From Eledone cirrhosa (taxonomy: Eukaryota), in contig OZ024759.1 of NCBI GenBank assembly GCA_964016885.1, forward strand, positions 25,234,001-25,298,000: 64,000 nt of DNA, in the 5' to 3' direction. Positions 40,990 to 53,390 of the stretch are shown piece after piece. The position numbers were made by a program, and so were the translations under genes. The first letter of the stretch is position 1. The number at the start of each line of letters is the position of its first letter. The notes under the pieces are model-generated. The model searched no databases and had not been told where the DNA came from. It worked only from the letters and a program-made list of their open reading frames with translations.

Positions 40990-43022
40990 TCTGATAACTG
41001 AAACCAGTAAAAGATAGCAGTGCCCCAGCCTGGCCACAAGCCAATAAAAAACACCAGTGCCCCAGCATGGCCACAAACCAGTAAAAGACAGCAGTGCCCC
41101 AGCCTGGCCACAAACCAATAAAAAACACCAGTGCCCCAGCATGGCCACAAACCAGTAAAAGACAGCAGTGCCCCAGCATGGCCACAAACCAGTATAAGAC
41201 CGCAGTGTCCCAGCATGGCCACAAACCAGTAAAAGACAGCAGTGCCCCAGCATGGCCACAAACCAGTAAAAGACAGCAGTGCCCCAGCATGGCCACAAAC
41301 CAGTAAAAGACAGGAGTGCCCCAGCCTAGCCACAGTCTACTGACAGAAACCAGTAAAAGACAGCAGTGCCCCAGCATGGCCACAAACCAGTAAAAGACAG
41401 CAGTGCCCCAGCCTGGCCACAGTCTACTGATAAGAAACCAGTAAAAGATAGCAGTGCCCCAGCATGGCCACAAACCAGTAAAAGACAGGAGTGCCCCAGC
41501 CTGGCCACAGTCTACTGATAAGAAACCAGTAAAAGGCAGCAGTGCTCCAGCCTGGCCACAAACCAGTAAAAGACAGCAGTGCCCCAGCCTGGCCACAAAC
41601 CAATGAAAAACAGCAGTGCCCCAGCATGGCCACAAACCAGTAAAAGACAGCAGTGCCCCAGCATGGCCACAGTCTACTGACAGAAACCAGTAAAAGACAG
41701 CAGTGCCCCAGCCTGGCCACAAACCAGTAAAAGACAGCAGTGCCCCAGCATGGCCACAAACCAGTAAAAGACAGCAGTGCCCCAGCATGGCCACAAACCA
41801 GTAAAAGACAGCAGTGCCCCAGCCTGGCCACAGTCTACTGATAAGAAACCAATAAAAGACAGCAGTGCCCCAGCCTGGCCACAAACCAGTAAAAGACAGC
41901 AGTGTCCCAGCATGGCCACAAACCAGTAAAAGACAGGAGTGCCCCAGCCTGGCCACAGTCTACTGACAGAAACCAGTAAAAGACAGCAGTGCCTCAGCCT
42001 GGCCACAAACCAGTAAAAGACAGCAGTGCCCCAGCCTGGCCACAGTCTACTGACAGAAACCAGTAAAAGACAGCAGTGCCCCAGCCTGGCCACAAACCAG
42101 TAAAAGACCGCAGTGTCCCAGCCTGGCCACAAACCAGTAAAAGACAGGAGTGCCCCAGCCTGGCCACAGTCTACTGACAGAAACCAGTAAAAGACAGCAG
42201 TGCCCCAGCCTGGCCACAAACCAGTAAAAGACAGCAGTGTCCCAGCCTGGCCACAAACCAGTAAAAGACAGCAGTGCCCCAGCCTGGCCACAAACCAGTA
42301 AAAGACCGCAGTGTCCCAGCCTGGCCACAAACCAGTAAAAGACAGGAGTGCCCCAGCCTGGCCACAGTCTACTGACAGAAACCAGTAAAAGACAGCAGTG
42401 CCCCAGCCTGGCCACAAACCAGTAAAAGACAGCAGTGCCCCAGCCTGGCCACAAACCAGTAAAAGACAGCAGTGTCCCAGCCTGGCCACAAACCAGTAAA
42501 AGACAGGAGTGCCCCAGCCTGGCCACAATCTACTGACAGAAACCAGTAAAAGACAGCAGTGCCCCAGCCTGGCCACAAACCAGTAAAAGACAGCAGTGCC
42601 CCAGCCTGGCCACAAACCAGTAAAAGACAGCAGTGCCCCAGCATGGCCACAAACCAGTAAAAGACAGGAGTGCCCCAGCCTGGCCACAGTCTACTGACAG
42701 AAACCAGTAAAAGACAGCAGTGCCCCAACCTGGCCAGTCTACTGATAAGAAACCAATAAAAGACAACAGTGCTCCAGCCTGGCTACAAACCAGTAAAAGA
42801 CTGCAATGCCCCAGCCTGGCCACAAACCAGTAAAAGACTGCAATGCCCCAGCCTGGCCACAAACCAGTAAAAGACAGCAGTGCCCCAGCCTGGCCACAAA
42901 CCAGTAAAAGACAGCAGTGCCCCAGCCTGCCCACAGTCTACTGACAGAAACCAGTAAAAGACCGCTGTGCCCCAGCATGGCCACAATCCAGTAAGAGACA
43001 ACAGTACCCCAGCCTGGCCACA
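40990..43022. repeat. 37-bp satellite with 50/51-bp variants
   Basis: Unit AAACCAGTAAAAGACAGCAGTGCCCCAGCCTGGCCAC, with or without AGTCTACTGACAG. Confidence 0.97.
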
Positions 43023-43444
43023 CATCTGCAGATAAGAAAGCAGTATAAGTGTAACTATGTTGGTGTTGTATATGGAGCTGTAAGTGGCTGAGAGTTCAAC
43101 TAATGATGGGAAACTACAGTTCAATTACGATGAAAGAGAATCAATAGATGTTTAAACTAAAATCTATTTACATACAGATTTAAATATTTACCTTTTCATT
43201 TAAATTTTCCTTTATCGATCTATTGACCTACTGGTTAAATCGTTTGTCTTTTCATTAGCATTTTCTTTTTTTTTGTCAACATACCCCATATATGTGTGTA
43301 TATGTATGTATATATGTATGAATGTATGTTTATATATATATATATACATACATATATATATATATATATATATGTATGTTTATATGTATATATATGTATG
43401 TATGTTTATATATGTGTGTGTATATATGTATGTGTGTTTATATA

Positions 43445-43497
<53 letters not shown>

Positions 43498-43567
43498 GTA
43501 ATAACAAAAATAACAAAAAAAAACGGCACTGTATATTAGTTTAATGCTTGAAATAGCTGGAAGAGAG

Positions 43568-43603
43568 TCTTAACGTTTTGGACCCAAGTCCTTCATCAGA
43601 AGA
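43568..43603 (-). ncRNA. Minimal hammerhead-like motif (family H3, second copy)
   Basis: Minus strand: TCTT-CTGATGA-A-GGAC-TTGG-GTCC-AAAAC-GTT-AAGA; the flanks are homologous to 39350-39480. Confidence 0.62.
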
Positions 43604-43672
43604 TAAAATTAGAAATAGAAGATAAATAGAAAATAAAGAGGGATGAGTGGAGGGAACGGGGAAATGTATATA

Positions 43673-44561
43673 TGAGGTCTGTCGGAAAAGAAACAGGACT
43701 GGTGTCACAAACAATTTATTTCAATTCCAAACTACATGGTTTCCCCTTATAAGTAATCCCCTTTGCATCTAATGCACTTTTCCATCCTTCTTTACCATGT
43801 GTCTATGCACTGTTGGAAGGATTCTTCTGAGATGCCCCTCAGCTCCTTCATTATGGCCCTCTTGATGACCTCCAAGCCTTCAAAACGGATCCCCTTGATG
43901 ATCCCCTTGAGCTTGGGGAAAAGAAAAAAGTCACACAAAGCAAGATCAGGTGAATAAGGAGGTTGATCCAGTATGGTGATGTTCTTCTCGGCCAGGAACT
44001 GCCGGATGCTCAGGGCATTGTAAGCCAGCGATCTTCTGCATGTGCAAATCTTTGATGATAATCTTCCAAATGCTGTCTTGGTTCATGCCCAGTTCACTTG
44101 CAAACAGTTAAACAGTCAGTCGACAATTTCCATGCATCACCTGCCCCACACACTCATCGTTAGCCTCAGTTATGCTCATTAAAGGCATCCCTCTCTTGGG
44201 GTTATTTTCCATATTCTCATGTCCCTTTAAACTTTTTGTGCCACTTGAAAATCTGTGAGTGCAACATCATCTCATCTCTGCACATTTGCTGCAGTATTCC
44301 GAGTCCTTCTGACAGAGTTTTCCCCAGCTGAACCAGAAGCTTCGGGTTGATTTGTTGCACTGTGCCCATCGCTCGACAGCCTAAAATCGAATAGCTATTA
44401 ACAAAAGCACACCAAAGAACAAACAATGGCTACAAAGAGCTGAGGTTGCAGTAACATACTCTCCGGATAGTATGACACACGGCAACACAACCTGCTCATC
44501 TCCACCCCACTCATAGCTCACTCAGCACACTAATTCTTGTTACTTTTCAGACACACCTATG
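43673..44561 (-). mobile_element. Internally deleted, decayed mariner transposon
   Basis: QPPYSPDLALCDFFLFPKLK motif, N-terminal HTH remnant (LGKT...IFKWHKKFK), and imperfect TIRs GAGGTCTGTCGGAAAAG / CTTTTCAGACACACCT. Confidence 0.88.
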
Positions 44562-44659
44562 TATGTATATATATATATATGTGTATGTACGTAGATACAC
44601 ACACACACATGTATATATATATGTATATATGTATGTAGACACACACACAAACATACATG

Positions 44660-44694
<35 letters not shown>

Positions 44695-44719
44695 CGTATA
44701 TATATATATATATATACAC

Positions 44720-44763
<44 letters not shown>

Positions 44764-44994
44764 ATAAATATATATATATGTGTATGTATACACACACACA
44801 CATATATATGTGTATATACACACACGTTTGTATATTATGTATCTTTTCTATCAACACACCCCAAATATATATTTGTTGAATTAATCTTACTTATGAAGTA
44901 GTGAACAAAAGTTCAATGTATGTTAGTTTAAAGTAAACATGGCAGTTGTTAGAATGTCTGATAGAATATAATTAACATCAGATTTTATAAAAAG

Positions 44995-45680
44995 TCTAAA
45001 GTCTGTCTCATGACTGGAGGTTCATCAGGCCAGTGATTATGCTGGTTTCCATGGCATGAAATGACTGAGAGTTCAAGACCCCACTCCCTGGACAGGAGAC
45101 CAATCTATCGCAGTGTTAAAGTCTGTCTCAAACCTGGAGGCTCATTAGGCCTGGCTTTCATGGCATGAATTGACTGAGAGTTCAAGACCTCCCTGGACAG
45201 GACTCCAGTCTATCACAGGGTTAAAGTCTGTCTCAAACCTGGAGGCTCATTAGGCCTGGCTTTCATGGCATGAATTGACTGAGAGTTCAAGACCCCCCTG
45301 AACAGGGCTCCAGTCTATCACAGGGTTAAAGTCTGTCTCAAACCTGGAGGCTCATCTGTCCAGTGCTCATCCTGGTTTCTATGGCATGACGTGACTGAGA
45401 GTTCAAGACCTCCCCCCCTCTCCCTGACAGGACACCAGTCTATCACAGGTATAAAGTCTGTCGCAAACATGGAGGTTCATTTGGCTGATGCTTATCCCAG
45501 TTTTTGTGGTGTGAAGTGACTAAAAGTTTAAGACCCCCCCCCCTGGACAGGATGACAGTCCATCATAGGGTTAAACCCACAGCTACTGGTACTCATTTTC
45601 AGCTGAGTATACTGTTGTAATGAGAAATGAAATGTTTTGCTGAGGAACACAACACACAACCCAGTCCAGGAATCGCAATA
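44995..45680 (-). repeat. Old SINE whose 3' ~105-120-bp segment is amplified about 5 times in tandem
   Basis: Repeated AAAGTCTGTCTCAAACCTGGAGGCTCA...GACTGAGAGTTCAAGACC..CCTGGACAGG..CCAGTCTATCACAGGGTT; a single-copy version lies at 61375-61640. Confidence 0.75.
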
Positions 45681-46189
45681 TAATCGACTTCACCCCTCCC
45701 ACAAAATTATTGGCCTTATGCCTAAAGGAGAAACAATTATTAAGTTAGTGCTTTGAACATAACTTAACAAAGGTTCTTGTGTAAATTTATGATGAACATT
45801 TTTTTTTTTTTTTTAATATAAATATGATTGATGATCGGCAAGATCCCAGACCTCATTCACTAAGGGCTGCAACTCATAAAATTGGACCAAGGAAACAATG
45901 TTTCTATTGGTCTTTCTATTGTTGATGCTATCTGCTGGTTGCAACACCTGGCAGAAAGAGCAATGTGGTATAGATTGTCTTGCAAGAGCACATAACGTAT
46001 CACTTGGTCCAGGAATCCCATGATTCTGAATCCAATTCTCTAACCGTTAAGCCAGGCACCTTCATAATATAAATATAAACACATTAGAATAAACAGCTTT
46101 GTATCCTAGGACTCTGCCTTCCAACAACCAATTCAGGAATTAGTGAGCAAAGAAGACAAAAGAAGAAGAATATTTACATAAAGTGTTTC

Positions 46190-46697
46190 TAGGACATTTT
46201 AAAACCTGTCGGAGCCCATCCCTCTCCAGGTCTGAATACAGTAGAATCTGTTCGAGAGAAGGATAGAGAGAGTGAGAGAATGGGGGTGAGAAGGAGACAG
46301 ACAGAGGAAGAATTGACCCCAGTACTAGACTGGTACTTTTTTTTTTATCGACCTTGAAATAGAGGAAAGACAAAGTTGACCTTAGCAAACTACAGTGATA
46401 GACAGGAAAGGAGAAAAAAGATACGGAGGAAGAATCGACCCTAGTACTTTACTGGTATTTTTTTTTTTTTTACCTTGAAATAGTGGAAAGGCAAAGTTGA
46501 CCTCAGCAAACTACAGTGATTGACAGGAAGTGAGAAAAAAGATATAGAGGAAAAATTTACCCCCTGGTATTTTTTTTATAGACCTCGAATGGATGAAAGG
46601 CAAAGTTGACCTTGGCAAGATTTGAACTCATAGAAGAGGAAGATGGAACAAATACCAAAAAGTATTCTATTAGACTTTCTAATGACTCTGCCACCTG
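46190..46697 (-). mobile_element. SINE family A variant with an internal triplication
   Basis: Three repeats of GACCCCAGTACT..GGTA(T)n..GAAAGGCAAAGTTGACC, then a reverse B box. Confidence 0.7.
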
Positions 46698-47642
46698 CAT
46701 TGTATATTTATAGGAAAGCTAAAAGCAAAAAAGTCCAACAAGTTTTAAATAACAGAGAATAGTAATGAAATACAAGTAACCAATATTCTGAGACAAACAG
46801 TCTTTCTAAACTACAGCCACGCCTGTCTAACCCATGCTAGTGTGGAAATATGGATGTTAAACAATGATGGTGGTGATGGTGGTGGTGGTGGTAGCAGTGA
46901 TGGTGGTAGTGGTGGTGGTGGTAATGATGATGATGATGGTGATGGTGGTAGTGTTGATGGTGGTGACAGTGATGGTGGTGGTGGTGAGTGATGACGGTGG
47001 TAGTAGTGATGATGATGATGCTGGTGATAATGATGTTGCTGTTGCTGCGGCCAATGGTTATGATGATGATGATGATGATGGTGGTGATTATAACAACACA
47101 ACATATTTTAAAGATAAAATTACCTTTAACAAGAGAGAGTGAGTGTGTGAGGAAAACTTATTGTACTCTCTCTCTCTCTAGAGTATTTCTTAATAAAGTT
47201 TCTTGACTGAACTACAATGTCAGGAGATTTTAAACTGAGTATTTCTTACCAAAGAGAGAGAGTGAGAGATACACATATATGTGTGTGTGTGTATGTGAAT
47301 ATGTATATGTACCTATGTGTGTGTGTCTGTATGTCTAAGTATTACTTACCAAAGGGAGTATTCTTCTTTGCTTCACATATTTTCATATCCATTATGTGTT
47401 TGAATGTCATTGCATAATGTACTTGAGTGTGTGCGCCTGCGTCTGTGTATATGTGTGTGTATATATATATATATATATATGAAACACAAATTTAAATAAT
47501 TTGAAAACCTTACAATGTGCTAGAAAATTAAAATTGCTAAGATAATAGAATCTTAACAAATTTATATATATGTACTTGAGTGTGTGTCAGCATGTGTGAG
47601 CCTGTGTCTATCTGTGTATATATATATATATATAAATTGCTC

Positions 47643-47833
47643 AATATACAAATGGTTTCTATAGGACAAGAACTATTTCATTAAAAAGAAATCATCAGAG
47701 CTTTCCTGATGATTTCTTTTGAATGAAGCAGTTCTAGTCCTATAGAAACCATTTCTATAGAAAACATGATTTTTACGCTCTACTAATGTATTGGGTACCT
47801 TACTATGGTTACCCCCAATTGAACTTGGGACTC
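47643..47833 (+). mobile_element. Family H1 palindromic element with two opposed hammerhead-like cores plus tail
   Basis: Arms at about 47643-47698 and 47706-47760; tail contains TGTATTGGGTACCTTAC..GGTTACCCCCAATTGAAC. Confidence 0.75.
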
Positions 47834-48111
47834 ATATATATATATATATATGTGTGTGTGTGTATTTGCATGTCAGTGTGTGCGTGCATGTGTCTGTTTG
47901 TGTCAGTGTTCGTATATATGTGAATACATGTGTCCATGTATATGTCTATATGCCTAAATATTTGTTATCAAGGGAGTATTCTTTGCTTCAAATATTTTCA
48001 ATATTAATTATATGTATGTATATGTGTAGATGTACTTGTATATGTGTGTAGATGTGTGTGTGTGTGTCTATATTTCTATATATCCCTTAACAATATTTTC
48101 AATATTCATTA

Positions 48112-48970
48112 TCTATATATCTAAAACAGAGAATGTCTATCTGTCCCCCTAAAACTCGAGAACCACCCAACCGATTTTTTTCAAACTTTACACATGTAAT
48201 ACTTATGGTTGTGTGAGTGTTTTGAGCAAAAAGTATTTCAAATTCTCAATGCCCTAGGGACCGCATTAGGCGAAAAACCGCATATTTTAGGCTTTAAAGG
48301 CTTTTTTGAGGCATAATGGAACAATAATTCAGGCGATTTCTTCAAAATTTGCATTACTTATGTCGTTTAAAGTGTTTTGAGCAAAAACGATTTTCTCATT
48401 TTTTGCCCCAGGGACCACATTAGGCGAAAAACCGATTTTTTGAAGCATTTTGGTTGCGTTAGGGCCTGCAACGTGAGAAGTACCCAACCGATTTTTTTTA
48501 AACTTTGCATATGGATTACTTATGTTTCACAAATTTTCTTGACTGAAAAAGATTTCAAATTTTTTACCCGGAGACCGCATTGTTTAGCATTTTGGTTGCG
48601 TTAGGGCCTGTAACCTTAAAAGTATCCAACTAAATTCCTTCATGCTCTCCACCACTGCAGTCTCACATGCTTACTGCTCTGTAACTGTTGCTTTCATTGT
48701 ACCATAGCACAACAAATAGATGTTCGGTTTGCTGAATGCCTTTTTACTTAACCCTATCGTCTTGGCTTTCATGGGTTGAACATTTTACTCTCAGGCACCC
48801 AATTAAGTTAAACTCCTGGTAAACTACGGCAAATTTTTTTTATAAGCACAAAATGTAGACACCATCCCCAGGCCGAGGTATTCCAGACTTCTCTCTACTG
48901 TTTCAGAAAGGAGGGATAAACATGCTAATCTATGTTTAGAATCCCGAGCAATGCCGGGCTATTCTGCTAG
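48112..48970 (+). mobile_element. Non-autonomous Helitron
   Basis: 5' TC, subterminal hairpin CCCGAGCAATGCCGGG and 3' CTAG, inserted between A and T, with internal repeats. Confidence 0.85.
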
Positions 48971-49969
48971 TATGTCTCTATATGTATATGTGCTTATATA
49001 TGTGTATATGAATTTGTGTGTGTGTATGAGTATATGTGAATGTGTGTGTGGAAAGAGGAAGTGAAGTGTATGTGTATACGTTATATATATATATACATAT
49101 ATAACTAACTAATTAGGAAACTTTGTCAGGAGTTATATGTCCACACACACATACATATATATATATATACACATACATACGTACACACATACATACATAC
49201 TCACAGAAAATGTTCTACATCAGTTTCAACCCCATTTTATTTCCATCCATACACAGTGTATGTGTGTATGTATGTGTGTGTGTATATGTGTATGTATGCA
49301 TGTATGTATGTATATGTGTTTGTATATATGTGTGTGTGTATATATATGTATATATATTTTCATCCCAACACACCGACAATCCCATATCCATCACATACCA
49401 CATTTCATTAGTTCCAGTTTTCTAAATATCACAAAACAACAAATAACACTGAAACAAAACCTCCTCAACAATTACAACATTAAATAATAAGAGGAGGGAG
49501 GGTAAGTGGAGGGTATTTCAGTTTAATTATTCATCCTTAGCTGCGCTTTCTTTATATGTTAATAGCATCAAATTAATACAGTATCTACAGAACATTCAAT
49601 GAACCACGGCTAAGAAATCACTAAATGCCATTCCATTCAAGCAACCATTTGCACTGGAGTGTAGAGTTTGCCCCTCCCTACTTCCCTACTCCCTCTTTCC
49701 CTCTTTCTTTTTGGTGTGTATTGAACTTGTATTGAGTGTTATCTAAAAAGTGCTGTGTAATTGCTTAATTATTTAACGACAGCCAATCATATCACAATCA
49801 CGTGTTTCAAGTCTGCTCGTGTTTTGCCTGTATATATTCTTCAGTTAAATGGGAGTACACAATTTTATCCAACAGGTTCAAAGCACATTTTGACAGTTTG
49901 AGGAGTACACAATTCTTTCTGTGGCCTCGGAATTACATTCAGTGTTATTATTGTTACATCCTTGCTTAA

Positions 49970-50272
49970 GTTCAACAGTTCTACAGTTCAACAGCTCTAA
50001 CGTTCAACAGTTCTATAGTTCAACAGTTCAACAATTCTAGTTCCACAGTACAGTTCAAAAATTCTACAATTCAACAGTTCTACTAGTTCAACAGTTAAAA
50101 AATTCTACAATTCAACAGTTCTACTGTTCAACAGTTCTACAGTTCTACAGTTCAACAGTTCAACAATTCTACAGTTCCACAGTTCTACAGTTCCACTGTT
50201 CAACAGTTCCACAGTTCAACAGTTCCATAGTTCTACAGTTACACAGTTCAACATTTCTAGAGTTCAACAGTT
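49970..50272. repeat. 8-bp repeat (TTCAACAG/TTCTACAG)n
   Basis: Seen directly in the sequence. Confidence 0.93.
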
Positions 50273-50485
50273 CATTGCGTTGAAATAGAAATTTGTAAAT
50301 TACTGTTCCTTGTTCAATTACCTACTCACATAAAGAAATAAACAAGACTTTCGTTGCTTAATTCTTTTTTCTTTATCGTCTTTCAATTTCCTTTTTTGTT
50401 GTTGTTGTTATTGTTTATTCCCTTTAATATTGTGAATGAAAAGTTCTAGTAGAGTAGAAGCCATTTCTATATTAAATTATATATA

Positions 50486-50524
<39 letters not shown>

Positions 50525-50528
<4 letters not shown>

Positions 50529-50895
50529 GGTAGATTGCCGATGTATATTGGGAAAGTACTCAATATATTAGTAGAATCTGAACATCATTATTTAACAGAG
50601 AAAAGCGGTTGATTGGCAGTATCGGTAGAGGGTCGGACGCCATGCTTTGAAGCATAGAGTTACCTCCCTGTATGATCTGAGTTCAAATCCCTCCGAGGTT
50701 AACTTTGCCTTTCATCCTTACGGGGTCGATAAAATAAAGTACCAGTAATGCACTGGATAATTGCTGGCTTTGTGCCAAAAGTAGAAACAATTATTTAACA
50801 GAGAAATTACTTCTACAGGACTAGAACTGTTTCATTCATAAGAAATGATGAATTCTTATGAATGAAACAGTTATGGTCTTGTAGAAGTCATTACT
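50525..50895 (-). mobile_element. Family H1 palindromic element interrupted by a SINE
   Basis: Tail at 50525-50586 (AAAGTACTCAATATATTAGTAGA) and arms at 50809-50844 / 50853-50888. Confidence 0.7.
50604..50789 (+). mobile_element. Full-length SINE family A with 17-bp TSD
   Basis: ATTATTTAACAGAGAAA at 50587-50603 and 50790-50806. Confidence 0.93.
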
Positions 50896-50929
50896 ATAAT
50901 ATAAGAAATATATATATATATATATATAT

Positions 50930-51354
50930 GCAAAGTTTTATTTAAATTGTTGGGTTAACAACGAGTAAATATTTATAACTGATATAAAAGCACTCAACAA
51001 GTATTTGGAGTATATTTACGATATTAAATAAATGGAAACTATATTTATAAAACCATATTTATTTCATTATATATATTTCAGGGATATCATATTAAAAATA
51101 TGTTATGCCTTCTTCAGACAAAATACAATATAAACAGTCTTATAAATAGATAGATTCGACATACCTTTCAACTTCGACTTCTATTTCAAATAGAAGTCGA
51201 AGTTGAAAGGTATGTCGAATCTATCTATTTATAAGACTGTTTATATTGTATTTTGTCTGAAGAAGGCATAACATATTTTTAATATGATATCCCTGAAATA
51301 TATATAATGAAATAAATATGGTTTTATAAATATAGTTTCCATTTATTTAATATC

Positions 51355-51357
<3 letters not shown>
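50930..51357 (-). mobile_element. Family H2 element: 87-nt tail plus 341-bp palindrome (170-bp arms, 1-nt centre)
   Basis: Arms 51017-51186 and 51188-51357; CTGAAGA-AGG...CCT-GAAA at 51257-51298 and mirrored in the other arm. Confidence 0.85.
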
Positions 51358-51406
<49 letters not shown>

Positions 51407-52344
51407 CATCACCCTCATCACTGTTTAAAGTCTATTTTTCAATGGTAGCATAGGTAATATATGTGTGTGTGTGCGTGTGTGTGTGGAAATTGAAAGGTCA
51501 GTTGAGAGAATACAAAATGAGCATACAAATGTGAGCGTGACTTGCATGCATATTTTTTACACACACATGCACATATTCTCATGCACACACACATAAGTAT
51601 ATATATTTATATATATATATATATATATATATACATACACACATGTATATACATATATATACACACACACATATATATATATATATAAATACATAAATAC
51701 ACACACATGTATATATACATATGTACATATACATATGTACACACACCTGTATATCTATATACACACACACATATACATATGTACACATGTATACAGATAC
51801 ACTCACATATATACATAAATACACACACACATATATATATATACCCCCCCCCCCCATACACATACATAAATACATACACACATATATATACACATATATA
51901 TATATATATATATATATACCCATGCATACATATGTATATACATAAATATATACACATTTATATGTATATACACTCAAAAAGAGATGTTTGAACACATTTC
52001 ATTACTATAGTAGTCAGTCCACTGACCACCCCCTTCTTCCAACCTACACCGTCCCAATCTATCTAGCCATCTATCATCTATCAATACGTCCAGTGACTCC
52101 TCTTCCACCCCTGCTCCACACCCTCCAATCTATCTATCAATCTATCAATACATACAAGTTCAGTGGTCATGCAGCCGTATTTTATCTCAGTCAACTTATG
52201 TCTACTCATGTCTATATTGATATTAATTCAGATGTAGATTGTAGATTTATTAATCACTAAATTATTGATTCCTGCCACAAATAATATCAAAATTGGTGTC
52301 CCCAAAATCTGTTTCATTTATGTATTTTAAATTTCAATCTTATT

Positions 52345-52770
52345 ATTATTCTTGGGGAGGATCATGGGGGCAGTGTCCTCAAATACTTCTTCTAGCAGGT
52401 CATGTCAGAAGCAATCCTTTCCAACTGATGTAGATGGATTTCCAAACGAAACCAGCTAAGCTCATGGATGTCATCCAATCAGCTTGTTCGGGGTCTACCT
52501 ATGAGTCTCCTGATGGTTGGTTTTTCCTATAAAATTTGACCAGCGACTACAAGCAGCTGAAATGGGGTTCTTTTAAAAGGTCTTTTGAGTAACATTACTT
52601 GATAGAGTGTACAGTTCAGAGATCAATGAGTTGTTTGAGGTAGAGCTACTACTTCTCGAAATTGAGAGATCACCGTTCTGATACTAGAAGCATGTAGTCA
52701 GAATACAGGTGACTGAAATGGAGTTCCTCCAAAGGGTCTTTGGAGTAACATTACTCAATAGAATGTGCTG
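52345..52770. mobile_element. Degenerate Rex3-like RTE fragments in both orientations
   Basis: Homologous to 17320-17562 (reverse) and to the QAAEMGFL segments at 30105 and 60870. Confidence 0.65.
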
Positions 52771-53175
52771 CATGTTGCTCATGACTGCTCTAAACAATGG
52801 CAACTGATATCCAAAAAGAACAGATCAACATCATTGGCTGCCATCGAGTCGAAGGTTTTCCTTCAGAATTTTCTTTCTTCTAGAATGATGTCCTAACAAG
52901 AATTAAGGGTCTCTCACTCTCTGTGGATTAATTGTGATCTTGTGCACCAAACCAAGTATTTCCATGTCCCCGCACATACATACATACACACACATCCATC
53001 CATAAAACACATACACACCTAATCAGGAAACTTCGATTTGCTTGAAAAGTAATAAAATGTGTAAAACACTTAAGTTTAGTGTGTCTTTGAAGTTTGAGCT
53101 GATGATCGAAGTTAATTGGACGGAAGATGAAAGAGTCGGATAAAGCGATGTTATTTATTGTTTTAGGAGAACACC

Positions 53176-53390
53176 TTAAGGGGGAGGTAACTGAATTGGA
53201 GACTACTACATCAGTTGAGTAGGTCATCATTATTTAAGGGGGAGGTAATTGAAATGGACACTACTACATCAGTTGAGTAGATCACCATTATTTAAGGGGG
53301 AGGTAATTGAAATAGACACTACTACATCAGTTGAGTAGATCACCATTATTTAAGGGGGAGGTAATTGAAATGGACACTACTATATCAGTG
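53176..53390. repeat. Tandem repeat, about 4 units of ~58 bp
   Basis: TTAAGGGGGAGGTAATTGAAATGGACACTACTACATCAGTTGAGTAGATCACCATTAT. Confidence 0.9.

Noticed and set aside
40893-43124. Long ORFs (337-338 aa), or a CRISPR-like array of 37-bp repeats
   Set aside because: The units are contiguous with no unique spacers, there are no cas genes and the context is eukaryotic. The ORFs are satellite translations.
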